Source: an uncultured Bacteroidales bacterium (lineage in GTDB: Bacteria; Bacteroidota; Bacteroidia; Bacteroidales; JAGOPY01). From it: a stretch of DNA of 64,000 nucleotides. Below, one piece after another: positions 57,096-64,000 of the stretch. The notes under the pieces are model-generated. The model was not told where the DNA came from. It was given only the letters and a program-made list of their open reading frames with translations, and did no database searches. The stretch lies in assembly GCA_964371595.1 (NCBI GenBank), contig CAYJNJ010000004.1:15594-79593 (forward strand), in the 5' to 3' direction. Within the stretch, counting starts at the first letter, position 1, and every line of letters starts with the position of its first letter. The position numbers and the translations under genes were made by a program.

Positions 57096-57476
57096 TTATA
57101 AACCATTGACTACACGTCTGACTCCATTCTTTAATAAAGGCACATTAAAATTTATCAATAGCCCTAATTTATAATGGCCTAATTTCAAATAAGTTAAAAC
57201 CTGGGCAAAGTGAACATCCATCAAAGAATCAACAGTTTTCAGCTCAATTACAACCAGATTATCAACCAATAAATCAATCCGATAACCATGATTTAAATGA
57301 ACATTTTTATAAATAATGGGTAATGGAAGTTCTTTAACCACCAATAATCCAGACTCCTTCAGATCGTAAAACAAACATTCCCGATAGGCTGATTCAAGTA
57401 ATCCTGGCCCGAGGTGGCTATGAATATCAATAGCCATTCCAATCACTTTTTGTGATATAATATTCTCTGGTAACAT
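57096..57476 (-). CDS. GxxExxY family protein (PD-(D/E)XK nuclease-like fold)
   Basis: 126 aa with the eponymous motif GLLESAY. IDLLVDNLVVIELK resembles the (D/E)xK core strand. The gene is bracketed by 48-nt inverted word-repeat arms. Confidence 0.8.
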   Translation of the reverse strand: MLPENIISQKVIGMAIDIHSHLGPGLLESAYRECLFYDLKESGLLVVKELPLPIIYKNVHLNHGYRIDLLVDNLVVIELKTVDSLMDVHFAQVLTYLKLGHYKLGLLINFNVPLLKNGVRRVVNGL

Positions 57477-57528
57477 AGTTGAAAAATTTAAGGTTAGAAT
57501 AAATGAAGATTGATTGTGAGGATTTTAG

Positions 57529-57576
57529 TTTAAACCTCTGCGTACCTCTGCGAAAACTTTGCGCAACTCTGCGAAA
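57529..57576. repeat. Right 48-nt arm of the inverted repeat bracketing the GxxExxY gene
   Basis: Sequence TTTAAACCTCTGCGTACCTCTGCGAAAACTTTGCGCAACTCTGCGAAA. Confidence 0.85.
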
Positions 57577-57645
57577 TAAAAAAAGGAGATCTCTAACCTA
57601 TTAATCCGGAAAATCAAAAAAAATACCCGGTCAATCAAAAAAAAA

Positions 57646-58179
57646 TTAAACTATTTTATAAATATCACCGTAATTCCTTCCAAACCCATCATAATCCAGA
57701 CCGTACCCCACAATGAATTCATTTGGTATCTCCATGCCAAGGTAGTCAATCCGGAAACTCTCACGGAAAGCCGTTGGTTTGAAAAGCAAAGCGACCAGCT
57801 TCACATCTTCCACACCAAGGTAATACAGCTTATTGATGAGATACTGCATGGTTGTGCCGGTATCGATAATATCTTCAAGGATGACGATATATCTTCCACG
57901 GAGTTTTTCATTCAGACCGATCAGTTCTTTCACATCTGAAGTCGTAGATGTGCCGGAATAAGAGGCCAGCTTGATAAAACTGATTTCACTTTCTATGGTG
58001 ATTTTCCGGTAAAGATCAGCGGCAAAGATAAAAGCGCCATTCAGCACAACGAGAAAAAGAGGGTTTTTGCCCTGCAGGTCATGGTTCAGCCTGGCTGCCA
58101 GACTTTCGATGGCAGCTTCGATTTCTTCAGCTTTTATAGAAAGTTTAAATTCTTTATCTTTGACCTTTATAGATTTCAT
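57646..58179 (-). CDS. hpt: Hypoxanthine phosphoribosyltransferase
   Basis: 177 aa with the PRPP-binding motif VILEDIIDTGTT and the C-terminal GYGLDY. Confidence 0.9.
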   Translation of the reverse strand: MKSIKVKDKEFKLSIKAEEIEAAIESLAARLNHDLQGKNPLFLVVLNGAFIFAADLYRKITIESEISFIKLASYSGTSTTSDVKELIGLNEKLRGRYIVILEDIIDTGTTMQYLINKLYYLGVEDVKLVALLFKPTAFRESFRIDYLGMEIPNEFIVGYGLDYDGFGRNYGDIYKIV

Positions 58180-58198
58180 GGCTGGGCTAGTTGGTTCG

Positions 58199-58206
58199 CA
58201 AAGTTA
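58199..58206 (-). promoter_or_regulatory. -7 promoter box TAACTTTG upstream of hpt
   Basis: TAnnTTTG on the minus strand, 20 nt upstream of the hpt ATG. Confidence 0.45.
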
Positions 58207-58215
58207 ACGATTACT

Positions 58216-58264
58216 AATTCCAAATTCCAAATTCCAAATTCCAAATTCCAAATTCCAAATTCCA
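58216..58264. repeat. Perfect heptanucleotide microsatellite (AATTCCA)7
   Basis: I counted 7 uninterrupted units in the divergent hpt/purE intergenic region. Confidence 0.95.
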
Positions 58265-58341
58265 ATCAATGACCATCAATAATAAAACATTCCCGAACTT
58301 AAACCTAAACACTTAACCCTTAACACTTATATTTTACCACT

Positions 58342-58851
58342 ATGACCCCGTTAGTAAGCATAATTATGGGTTCCACCTCCGATCTCCCGGTAATGGAAGA
58401 CGCAGCGAAAGTTTTAAACGAACTCAGTATCCCTTTTGAAATGAATGCTTTATCCGCACATCGTACCCCGGATAAGGTCGAAGAATTTGCCAAATCAGCA
58501 AAAGCCCGCGGGCTGAAGGTTATCATTGCCGGGGCCGGCATGGCAGCTCATTTGCCGGGTGTTATCGCTGCGATGACACCGTTGCCCGTCATCGGCGTGC
58601 CGATCAAAGGCTCGCTAGAAGGACTGGATTCGCTGCTGGCCATCGTCCAGATGCCTCCCGGAATACCGGTTGCGACAGTGGCAATCAATGGCGCAAGAAA
58701 TGCCGGTATCCTTGCCGCTCAAATCATTGCGACTGGCGATGATAAGCTGGCAGATAAGTTGGTAATTTTTAAGGAAGAGCTGAAGGATAAGATCATCAAG
58801 GCGAATGAGGACCTGGCGAAGGTGAAATTTGAGTACAAAGTCGATGTTTGA
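58342..58851 (+). CDS. purE: 5-(carboxyamino)imidazole ribonucleotide mutase
   Basis: 169 aa with [18 protein letters not shown] and [13 protein letters not shown]. Confidence 0.95.
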   Translation: MTPLVSIIMGSTSDLPVMEDAAKVLNELSIPFEMNALSAHRTPDKVEEFAKSAKARGLKVIIAGAGMAAHLPGVIAAMTPLPVIGVPIKGSLEGLDSLLAIVQMPPGIPVATVAINGARNAGILAAQIIATGDDKLADKLVIFKEELKDKIIKANEDLAKVKFEYKVDV

Positions 58852-58858
58852 AATTATA

Positions 58859-59192
58859 CCACTAAGGCACTAAGGGCACTTAGAAACACTGAGATTAATG
58901 CTTAATGCTTAATGCTTAATGTTTAATTTTTAATACTTATTTTTTAATGTTTTAGATTCAGTCCTTTTTTTACTAATATTAATACATCCTTTTTTAAAGC
59001 TGTTATGAAAAAAGATTGGAACCCGGAATTTCCTGAAGCCAGCCATGTCAAAATTAATATCTTAAATCTGAGACCGTGGGTATATTTTATAGAATGTAAA
59101 AACGATAGCGGACTTCAAATTGTTAAGAAAATCGTAAAAATCTGATCAATATGTATCCTTAGTGTTTCTTAGTGCACTAAGTGCCTAAGTGG
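58859..59192. repeat. Hairpin with CACTAAG-word arms (58859-58893 / 59157-59192) and a 263-bp loop containing (TTAATGC)n
   Basis: CCACTAAGGCACTAAGGGCACTTAGAAACACTGAG faces CCTTAGTGTTTCTTAGTGCACTAAGTGCCTAAGTGG. The loop begins with a degenerate 7-mer array at 58895-58936. Confidence 0.8.
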
Positions 59193-59199
59193 TGAAAAT

Positions 59200-59835
59200 C
59201 TATAGCTTGCGAATAAGCAAAACCCCGTCCCTTACCGACAACAACACATTCTCCACCCTTTCATCAGCCTGGATCTCTGCATTAAACCTGATGATTCCCT
59301 TAGTCTCAGCGTCTCCTGCCCTGTCGCCTTCCAGCACCCTTCCATCCCATAACGCATTATCTGCCAGGATATAGCCTCCTTTTTTAACTTTATCAAAGAC
59401 AAGTTGGTAATAATCCAGGTAATGCTCTTTGGCAGCATCGAGGAAGACAAGGTCGAAAATTTCATCCAGGGTTGGAATGATCTCCAGCGCATCGCCGTCA
59501 TGGAGCACTATTCGGTTTTCCAGCCCGGCTTTTCCGAAATATTCCCGGGCAATTTCAGCGTAGGCCGGCTCGGCTTCAAGGGTGTGCAATACGCCGCCTT
59601 CAGCAAGGCCCTGGGCCAGGCAAATGGCCGAATAACCTGTGAATGTGCCGACTTCCAGTATCCTCTCCGGTCTTATCATCCGGCTGATCATCGATAAAAA
59701 TTGTCCCTGCACCGGCCCCGACAGCATCCTGGGATATGGCGTATGCAGGAAAGTCATGCGGCGCAGCTCATACAACAGCTCCGGCTCGGGAGTGGTATGG
59801 CTTTCGATATATTCTTCCAGCCTGGGATCAATCAT
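59200..59835 (-). CDS. Class I SAM-dependent O-methyltransferase (family 3, caffeoyl-CoA OMT-like)
   Basis: 211 aa with ILEVGTFTGYSAICLA, FLDAAKEHY and ILADNALW. Confidence 0.85.
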   Translation of the reverse strand: MIDPRLEEYIESHTTPEPELLYELRRMTFLHTPYPRMLSGPVQGQFLSMISRMIRPERILEVGTFTGYSAICLAQGLAEGGVLHTLEAEPAYAEIAREYFGKAGLENRIVLHDGDALEIIPTLDEIFDLVFLDAAKEHYLDYYQLVFDKVKKGGYILADNALWDGRVLEGDRAGDAETKGIIRFNAEIQADERVENVLLSVRDGVLLIRKL

Positions 59836-59847
59836 GGTGGTTATTGG

Positions 59848-61092
59848 TTAGTGGTTAGTGGGGATGTTATTATTTTGGAAAATGAGTGTGCTAAGATTCT
59901 GAGGATCAAAGATCTCCTGCGCAGTTTCCATGATCTGTTCGCTTGTTATGGCCATGATCTTTTTCCTGATATCTTCTGGTTCATCCAGCCGGCTGTCGTG
60001 CAGGTAAGCCTTGCCCGCCGCCATCAGGTAGTTCAGGTTCGACTCGTTGGCGATCTCGATCTGTCCGATAAGCTGCTTTTTTGACTGGCTGAACTGGAAA
60101 GCCCCAAGCCTGACCGTACGCAGCTTTTCCATCTCTTTGCGGATAAGTGCCAGTGATTTCTCAAGGTTTTCATTGTCGGTCCCAAGATAAATGCTGAAAA
60201 TGCCTGCATCTGTGTAAGGCAGGAAAGCCGACTCCACAGTGTAGGCATAGCCATGTCTCTCCCGCACTGCAAGGTTCAACCGCGAATTCATTGCTGGGCC
60301 CCCCAGGATATTATTCAGCAGGAACAGCGGGAATCGCCTCGGGTCCCGGCGGTTGTAAGCCACATTACCTATCATGCAGTGGGTCTGGAAAGTGGACCGG
60401 GTGAGGTTCAGGTTGAAAGGGGTATATGTTGAAAACGGCTGCCTTTCGGTTCCGGGGACATCAGTTTTAACCGATTCAAAATATTTTTCAACCTGGAGGC
60501 ATATCTTCCTGAAATTCAAATCACCAACCGTGCAGACAACCATCTTCCCTGCCGTGTAATGATCACGGATAAAGCGGATCGCATCTTCACGCGTAAAACG
60601 CATGATATGTTCGGGTTTTCCAAGGATGCTCTTTGCCAGGTCATGCCCGTGGAAAAGGTTTTCCTCCAATAAATCGTAAATTTCTTCAGAAGGATTATCC
60701 TTGTAAGAATTGATCTCATCCAGGATAACATCCTTTTCTTTCTTCAGTTCTTTTTCGGGGAATGAAGGCTGTGTAATGATATCAGCCACGAGTTCAAGGG
60801 CACGGTGGAAATGCTCATTCAGGAAAGTGGCAAAAATGCAGGTCTCTTCCTTGGATGTAAAAGCATTCAGCTCACCACCGACGCTCTCCAGCCGGGTAAG
60901 TACATGGTAAGCTTTTCTTTTCTGCGTGCCTTTGAAAATGGTATGTTCGATGAAATGGGCCATGCCGCCCTGGTCTTCGTTTTCATCCCTCGTCCCGGCA
61001 TTGATGTAAACGGCCAGGTGTGCTACCGGGCCGGAAGCAGGGATATGCAAAAAACGGATCCCGTTTTGTAAAGTCTTGATCTGAAAATCCAT
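59848..61092 (-). CDS. M16 family metallopeptidase (insulinase-like)
   Basis: It has the inverted zinc motif HFIEH (HxxEH) at the N-terminus. The length of 414 aa fits. Confidence 0.85.
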   Translation of the reverse strand: MDFQIKTLQNGIRFLHIPASGPVAHLAVYINAGTRDENEDQGGMAHFIEHTIFKGTQKRKAYHVLTRLESVGGELNAFTSKEETCIFATFLNEHFHRALELVADIITQPSFPEKELKKEKDVILDEINSYKDNPSEEIYDLLEENLFHGHDLAKSILGKPEHIMRFTREDAIRFIRDHYTAGKMVVCTVGDLNFRKICLQVEKYFESVKTDVPGTERQPFSTYTPFNLNLTRSTFQTHCMIGNVAYNRRDPRRFPLFLLNNILGGPAMNSRLNLAVRERHGYAYTVESAFLPYTDAGIFSIYLGTDNENLEKSLALIRKEMEKLRTVRLGAFQFSQSKKQLIGQIEIANESNLNYLMAAGKAYLHDSRLDEPEDIRKKIMAITSEQIMETAQEIFDPQNLSTLIFQNNNIPTNH

Positions 61093-61111
61093 TATCCGGA
61101 AAAATGAGGCG

Positions 61112-61119
61112 CAAAGATA
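61112..61119 (-). promoter_or_regulatory. -7 promoter box TATCTTTG upstream of the M16 peptidase gene
   Basis: TAnnTTTG on the minus strand, 20 nt upstream of the ATG at 61092. Confidence 0.4.
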
Positions 61120-61131
61120 GGTAAGAAAGTA

Positions 61132-61680
61132 TTACTTCCCCGGAAAGCCCTTGTCAACAGAAATCCAGTAGAGGAGCTGGGAATAGCTCCCACCTTCATA
61201 GTCCCGCTGGATCACGGGGCCAATGGCCACGACTTTCTTTTCCATTTCAAGCGACTTCGGGTTCCATCTCCATTCTTCCATAAAGCGTATCTTCACTATA
61301 TCACGGTATGTTACAATTTTGTGAATAACAGTATCGTATTCTTCATAAGGAGGATAAGTCCGCAGCAGGGTTTGATAAATGGTATCGGTCCCAACCGACT
61401 TCACCTGTTCAGGGCTGAGGGGATTGCTGAAATAATCGAATGCCTTCACCTCGCCACTCTCCGCCGCTTCCATCATGCGCTGCACAAACGGGTCCCTTTT
61501 CGATCCTTCCATGTTGTTCACCCACCAGTCGAGCTGGGGATTGTTATTGTTGATCGGTACGTCATACTGGATCTTGTTGGTAAGGACTTCTTCCCTTCCC
61601 AAGCCACCGATACAGGAAATTAACGTGGTGAGCGTCAAAAACAAGGCTAATGCCACCGGATACTTTATGAGATTTTTCAT
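61132..61680 (-). CDS. Hypothetical lipoprotein
   Basis: It has a signal peptide with the lipobox LISC. I recognise no family. Confidence 0.55.
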   Translation of the reverse strand: MKNLIKYPVALALFLTLTTLISCIGGLGREEVLTNKIQYDVPINNNNPQLDWWVNNMEGSKRDPFVQRMMEAAESGEVKAFDYFSNPLSPEQVKSVGTDTIYQTLLRTYPPYEEYDTVIHKIVTYRDIVKIRFMEEWRWNPKSLEMEKKVVAIGPVIQRDYEGGSYSQLLYWISVDKGFPGK

Positions 61681-61785
61681 TGCGCTTAATAGGTTTCACA
61701 CAAAGTTCGGAAAATAAATAAATGGAATTTTATTTACCTTTACCTGAATGCCATTTCAATATTAACCTTCTAAAAATTTAAAACA

Positions 61786-61983
61786 ATGAAAAAGAACGTA
61801 GGCTCCATCGACAAGATCATCCGGTATGTACTTGCTGCTGTATTTATCACTTTATTTTTCACAAACGTGGTGGTGGGTGTTTTAGGCTACATCCTGCTTG
61901 CACTGGCAGCTATTTTCATTGTTACCAGCCTGCTAAACTTCTGCCCGATCTGGTATCTCTTTGGGGTAAAAACGAATAAATAA
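61786..61983 (+). CDS. DUF2892 (YgaP-like) small membrane protein
   Basis: 65 aa. The N-terminal NVGSIDKIIR, two TM helices and FCPIWYLFG are typical. Confidence 0.6.
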   Translation: MKKNVGSIDKIIRYVLAAVFITLFFTNVVVGVLGYILLALAAIFIVTSLLNFCPIWYLFGVKTNK

Positions 61984-62026
61984 TTTTAAATTCTGAATTG
62001 AGTCTGTGCTGAAAAGCCTTTATATC

Positions 62027-62118
62027 GCCACGAAAGCACGAAAACACTAAATTACACAAAAGTTATTGGCTTAATAATCAGATTTTTGTGATATTTTGTG
62101 TTTTTGTGTTTTTGTGGC
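62027..62118. repeat. 92-bp REPIN-like hairpin element, copy J
   Basis: The sequence is GCCACGAAAGCACGAAAACACTAAATTACACAAAAGTTATTGGCTTAATAATCAGATTTTTGTGATATTTTGTGTTTTTGTGTTTTTGTGGC. It is 83/92 identical to copy B. Confidence 0.9.
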
Positions 62119-62188
62119 ATTATTGACTAATCTGACTTTTTAGACTGGACTCAATGTTGAATGTTAAAGTTTGAATGCGGGATTATTA

Positions 62189-64000
62189 TTAAACTTTATA
62201 GATAACGCCAAGATTCTTCTTCCCGTCAATTTCCACCAGGAGTGGTTTTTCAAACATGATATGCCTGATGAATTCGTCTTCATAAACGGCGGGGAACTGC
62301 TTCAGGTAGTCAAGGTCATAAAATCCATCGTTCATATAAGGGTTTACAGTGAAATAACCGACCCGGAAAGAGGTGAGGTTCTGGAAGAAATGCGTTCCCT
62401 GGCTTGGATCGATGCGGTAGTTCTCCAGTCCTGACTCGACAATAACGCGTGCCTGCGAGATTTGCGGCCACTTCACCGGGATCCCGAGCCAGGGGTCCTG
62501 TGAACCCCATCGGCCGGGACCGATCAGGATGTAGTTCTTCTTTTCCTCCCTGAACTGGTCGTTGATACGGCTGATCCTTTCTACCATATCCGGATTTTTT
62601 GCCGGGTTGAACGAATCGGGCTTCACGTAAACTATATCGCACAGATCGGAAATAGTCCCGTTCCCTAAGGCCGATTTTGAAAAAATGATGGTCTTTTCTA
62701 CCGGCACTTTTTCCAGATCTGTATTCACGCTTTCCTTGTTATCCACGATTGGCCTGATCTGCAGGCAATAGAATATCTTCGGATCGTTGGCCGGGCGGTT
62801 GAGATCAACGGCGAACTCAATTTCAATAGGCTTGCCCATCTCTTTCTGGCCAATTTCAAGTACCGCCTGAAGTATCTCTGCCAGCGGGAATACGTTATGT
62901 TTCAGGATATTTGAGAATGTCACCAGTTTCTTTCCCTCAAAATTCACCCCGTCGCGAAGCACGCCATTTTGCAGGTCATAGGTGGATGCCAGCCATTTCA
63001 GCGAACCGTCAGCTTCGGCTTCCTTAACGGGCAGCCGGAGGATATTCATCCCATCGTCGGTGACAGGCTTAAAATTCTCCGGATCCATGTCGAGCGCATA
63101 AAAATATTTCTGCGTTTCCCTGAGGGCGGCTTCGGGAGAATAGGTCTGCAAAACACGCTTCGGGTATTTTGGTGAAAAGTGCAATGCGAGCCCCCCATCC
63201 ACGATATATTTACCCAGGCCGAGCGCCACGCTGGCCACCCCGTCTTCGGGCTTTTCAGGATCCAGCGGGTAGAAATTGATCGAACGGGCAACCCCTGAAA
63301 AAGACGGGTAAAAGCGGTTTCCATATCTTGTCCCGGCCACCGTTTGCATCACTATGCCCATTTTCTCCTCGTCGATGATATTAGAAGTGGCTGCCATGTA
63401 AGCTTTGCTTGCTCTGAAGTAGGTCGATGCATATACGCTTTTGATGGCATTGCTGAGCATCTCCATCATCACGCGCTCGTTATCCATCACGTAAGGCACC
63501 ATATAGGTCGAATAAATGCCTGCAAATGGCTGGTAGTGTGAATCTTCGAGCAGGCTGGACGATCTTACCGCAATAGGGCTGCGGACATAGGAGATCAGTG
63601 TGTAAAGGTCTTCATGGATGCGGAACGGGAGCCTGGCCTGGATGAACTCTTTGAGGATCTCCTCGTCGCTTCGGTCGGAAAGGGCGATTTCATAAAGATT
63701 ATTCTCCTCCATGAACTCATCGAAAATATCGGTGCAAAGCACAACCGTTCTCGGGATGGTGATGTAAACCCCCGGCCACTTTTCCAGCATGCGGTTACGC
63801 TTGATGAGCATGTCGAGGAAGGCCAGGCCGCGGGCTTTTCCCCCAATCGATCCTTCCCCGATACGGGTGAAAGTAAGGTATTCGTCGAAACGCTCCCGGC
63901 GGAACTGGGCAATCACACCCCGTGATTTGCTGATGCGGAAGCTGGCAATGGAGTCGAATAGATAACGGCGCACTTCGTCGAGGTCGGCGAAATCATCCAG
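62189..64000 (-). CDS. PEP/pyruvate-binding (PPDK N-terminal-like) domain protein, partial (N-terminus beyond right edge)
   Basis: GGKARGLAFL and SSSLLEDS are ATP-grasp/PPDK_N-type motifs. The frame stays open from 63973 to the window end (…LDDFADLDEVRRYLF), so the listed Met is probably internal. Confidence 0.7.
   Translation of the reverse strand: MDDFADLDEVRRYLFDSIASFRISKSRGVIAQFRRERFDEYLTFTRIGEGSIGGKARGLAFLDMLIKRNRMLEKWPGVYITIPRTVVLCTDIFDEFMEENNLYEIALSDRSDEEILKEFIQARLPFRIHEDLYTLISYVRSPIAVRSSSLLEDSHYQPFAGIYSTYMVPYVMDNERVMMEMLSNAIKSVYASTYFRASKAYMAATSNIIDEEKMGIVMQTVAGTRYGNRFYPSFSGVARSINFYPLDPEKPEDGVASVALGLGKYIVDGGLALHFSPKYPKRVLQTYSPEAALRETQKYFYALDMDPENFKPVTDDGMNILRLPVKEAEADGSLKWLASTYDLQNGVLRDGVNFEGKKLVTFSNILKHNVFPLAEILQAVLEIGQKEMGKPIEIEFAVDLNRPANDPKIFYCLQIRPIVDNKESVNTDLEKVPVEKTIIFSKSALGNGTISDLCDIVYVKPDSFNPAKNPDMVERISRINDQFREEKKNYILIGPGRWGSQDPWLGIPVKWPQISQARVIVESGLENYRIDPSQGTHFFQNLTSFRVGYFTVNPYMNDGFYDLDYLKQFPAVYEDEFIRHIMFEKPLLVEIDGKKNLGVIYKV

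Noticed and set aside
1-64000. I looked for tRNA, rRNA or tmRNA genes, and for prophage, IS or integrative-element boundaries.
   Set aside because: No intergenic region is long enough or shows cloverleaf-like GC-rich stems. No integrase, transposase, recombinase, capsid or terminase-like ORFs were seen. The only mobile-looking entities are the non-autonomous hairpin elements reported above.

Overview
This window looks like a chromosomal segment of a Bacteroidota-type genome. Eight large secreted proteins end in type IX secretion (T9SS) C-terminal sorting domains, and many genes are preceded by the TAnnTTTG -7 promoter box. About 50 genes are present and most are housekeeping: moeA-moaA-moaC, panB, dnaK, rsmD, holA, purL, purE, trxB, obg, hpt, msrAB. 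Blocks of visibly AT-richer T9SS cargo genes sit between them, including tandem paralogue pairs and giants of 2208 and 1688 aa. I saw no rRNA, tRNA, CRISPR array, transposase, integrase, reverse transcriptase or canonical defence operon. The unusual signal is in the non-coding DNA. Nearly every intergenic gap holds a hairpin whose arms are built from degenerate tandem 7-10 nt words. This includes a 91-92 bp REPIN-like family, with three closely related copies and one divergent copy. One such hairpin carries a complete GxxExxY (PD-(D/E)XK-like) gene in its loop. Another is inserted in-frame inside an RluA-family pseudouridine synthase. A 69-bp GC-rich palindromic element fills two intra-operon gaps, and related GC palindromes and word arrays appear to have overwritten variable parts of coding regions. 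Also notable are a decapitated moaC (ATT start plus in-frame TAA), a T9SS paralogue split by one in-frame TAG, a gene-conversion tract between tandem paralogues, and perfect (ATTCT)12 and (AATTCCA)7 microsatellites in promoter regions. Every function was inferred by eye from motifs; no searches were run.
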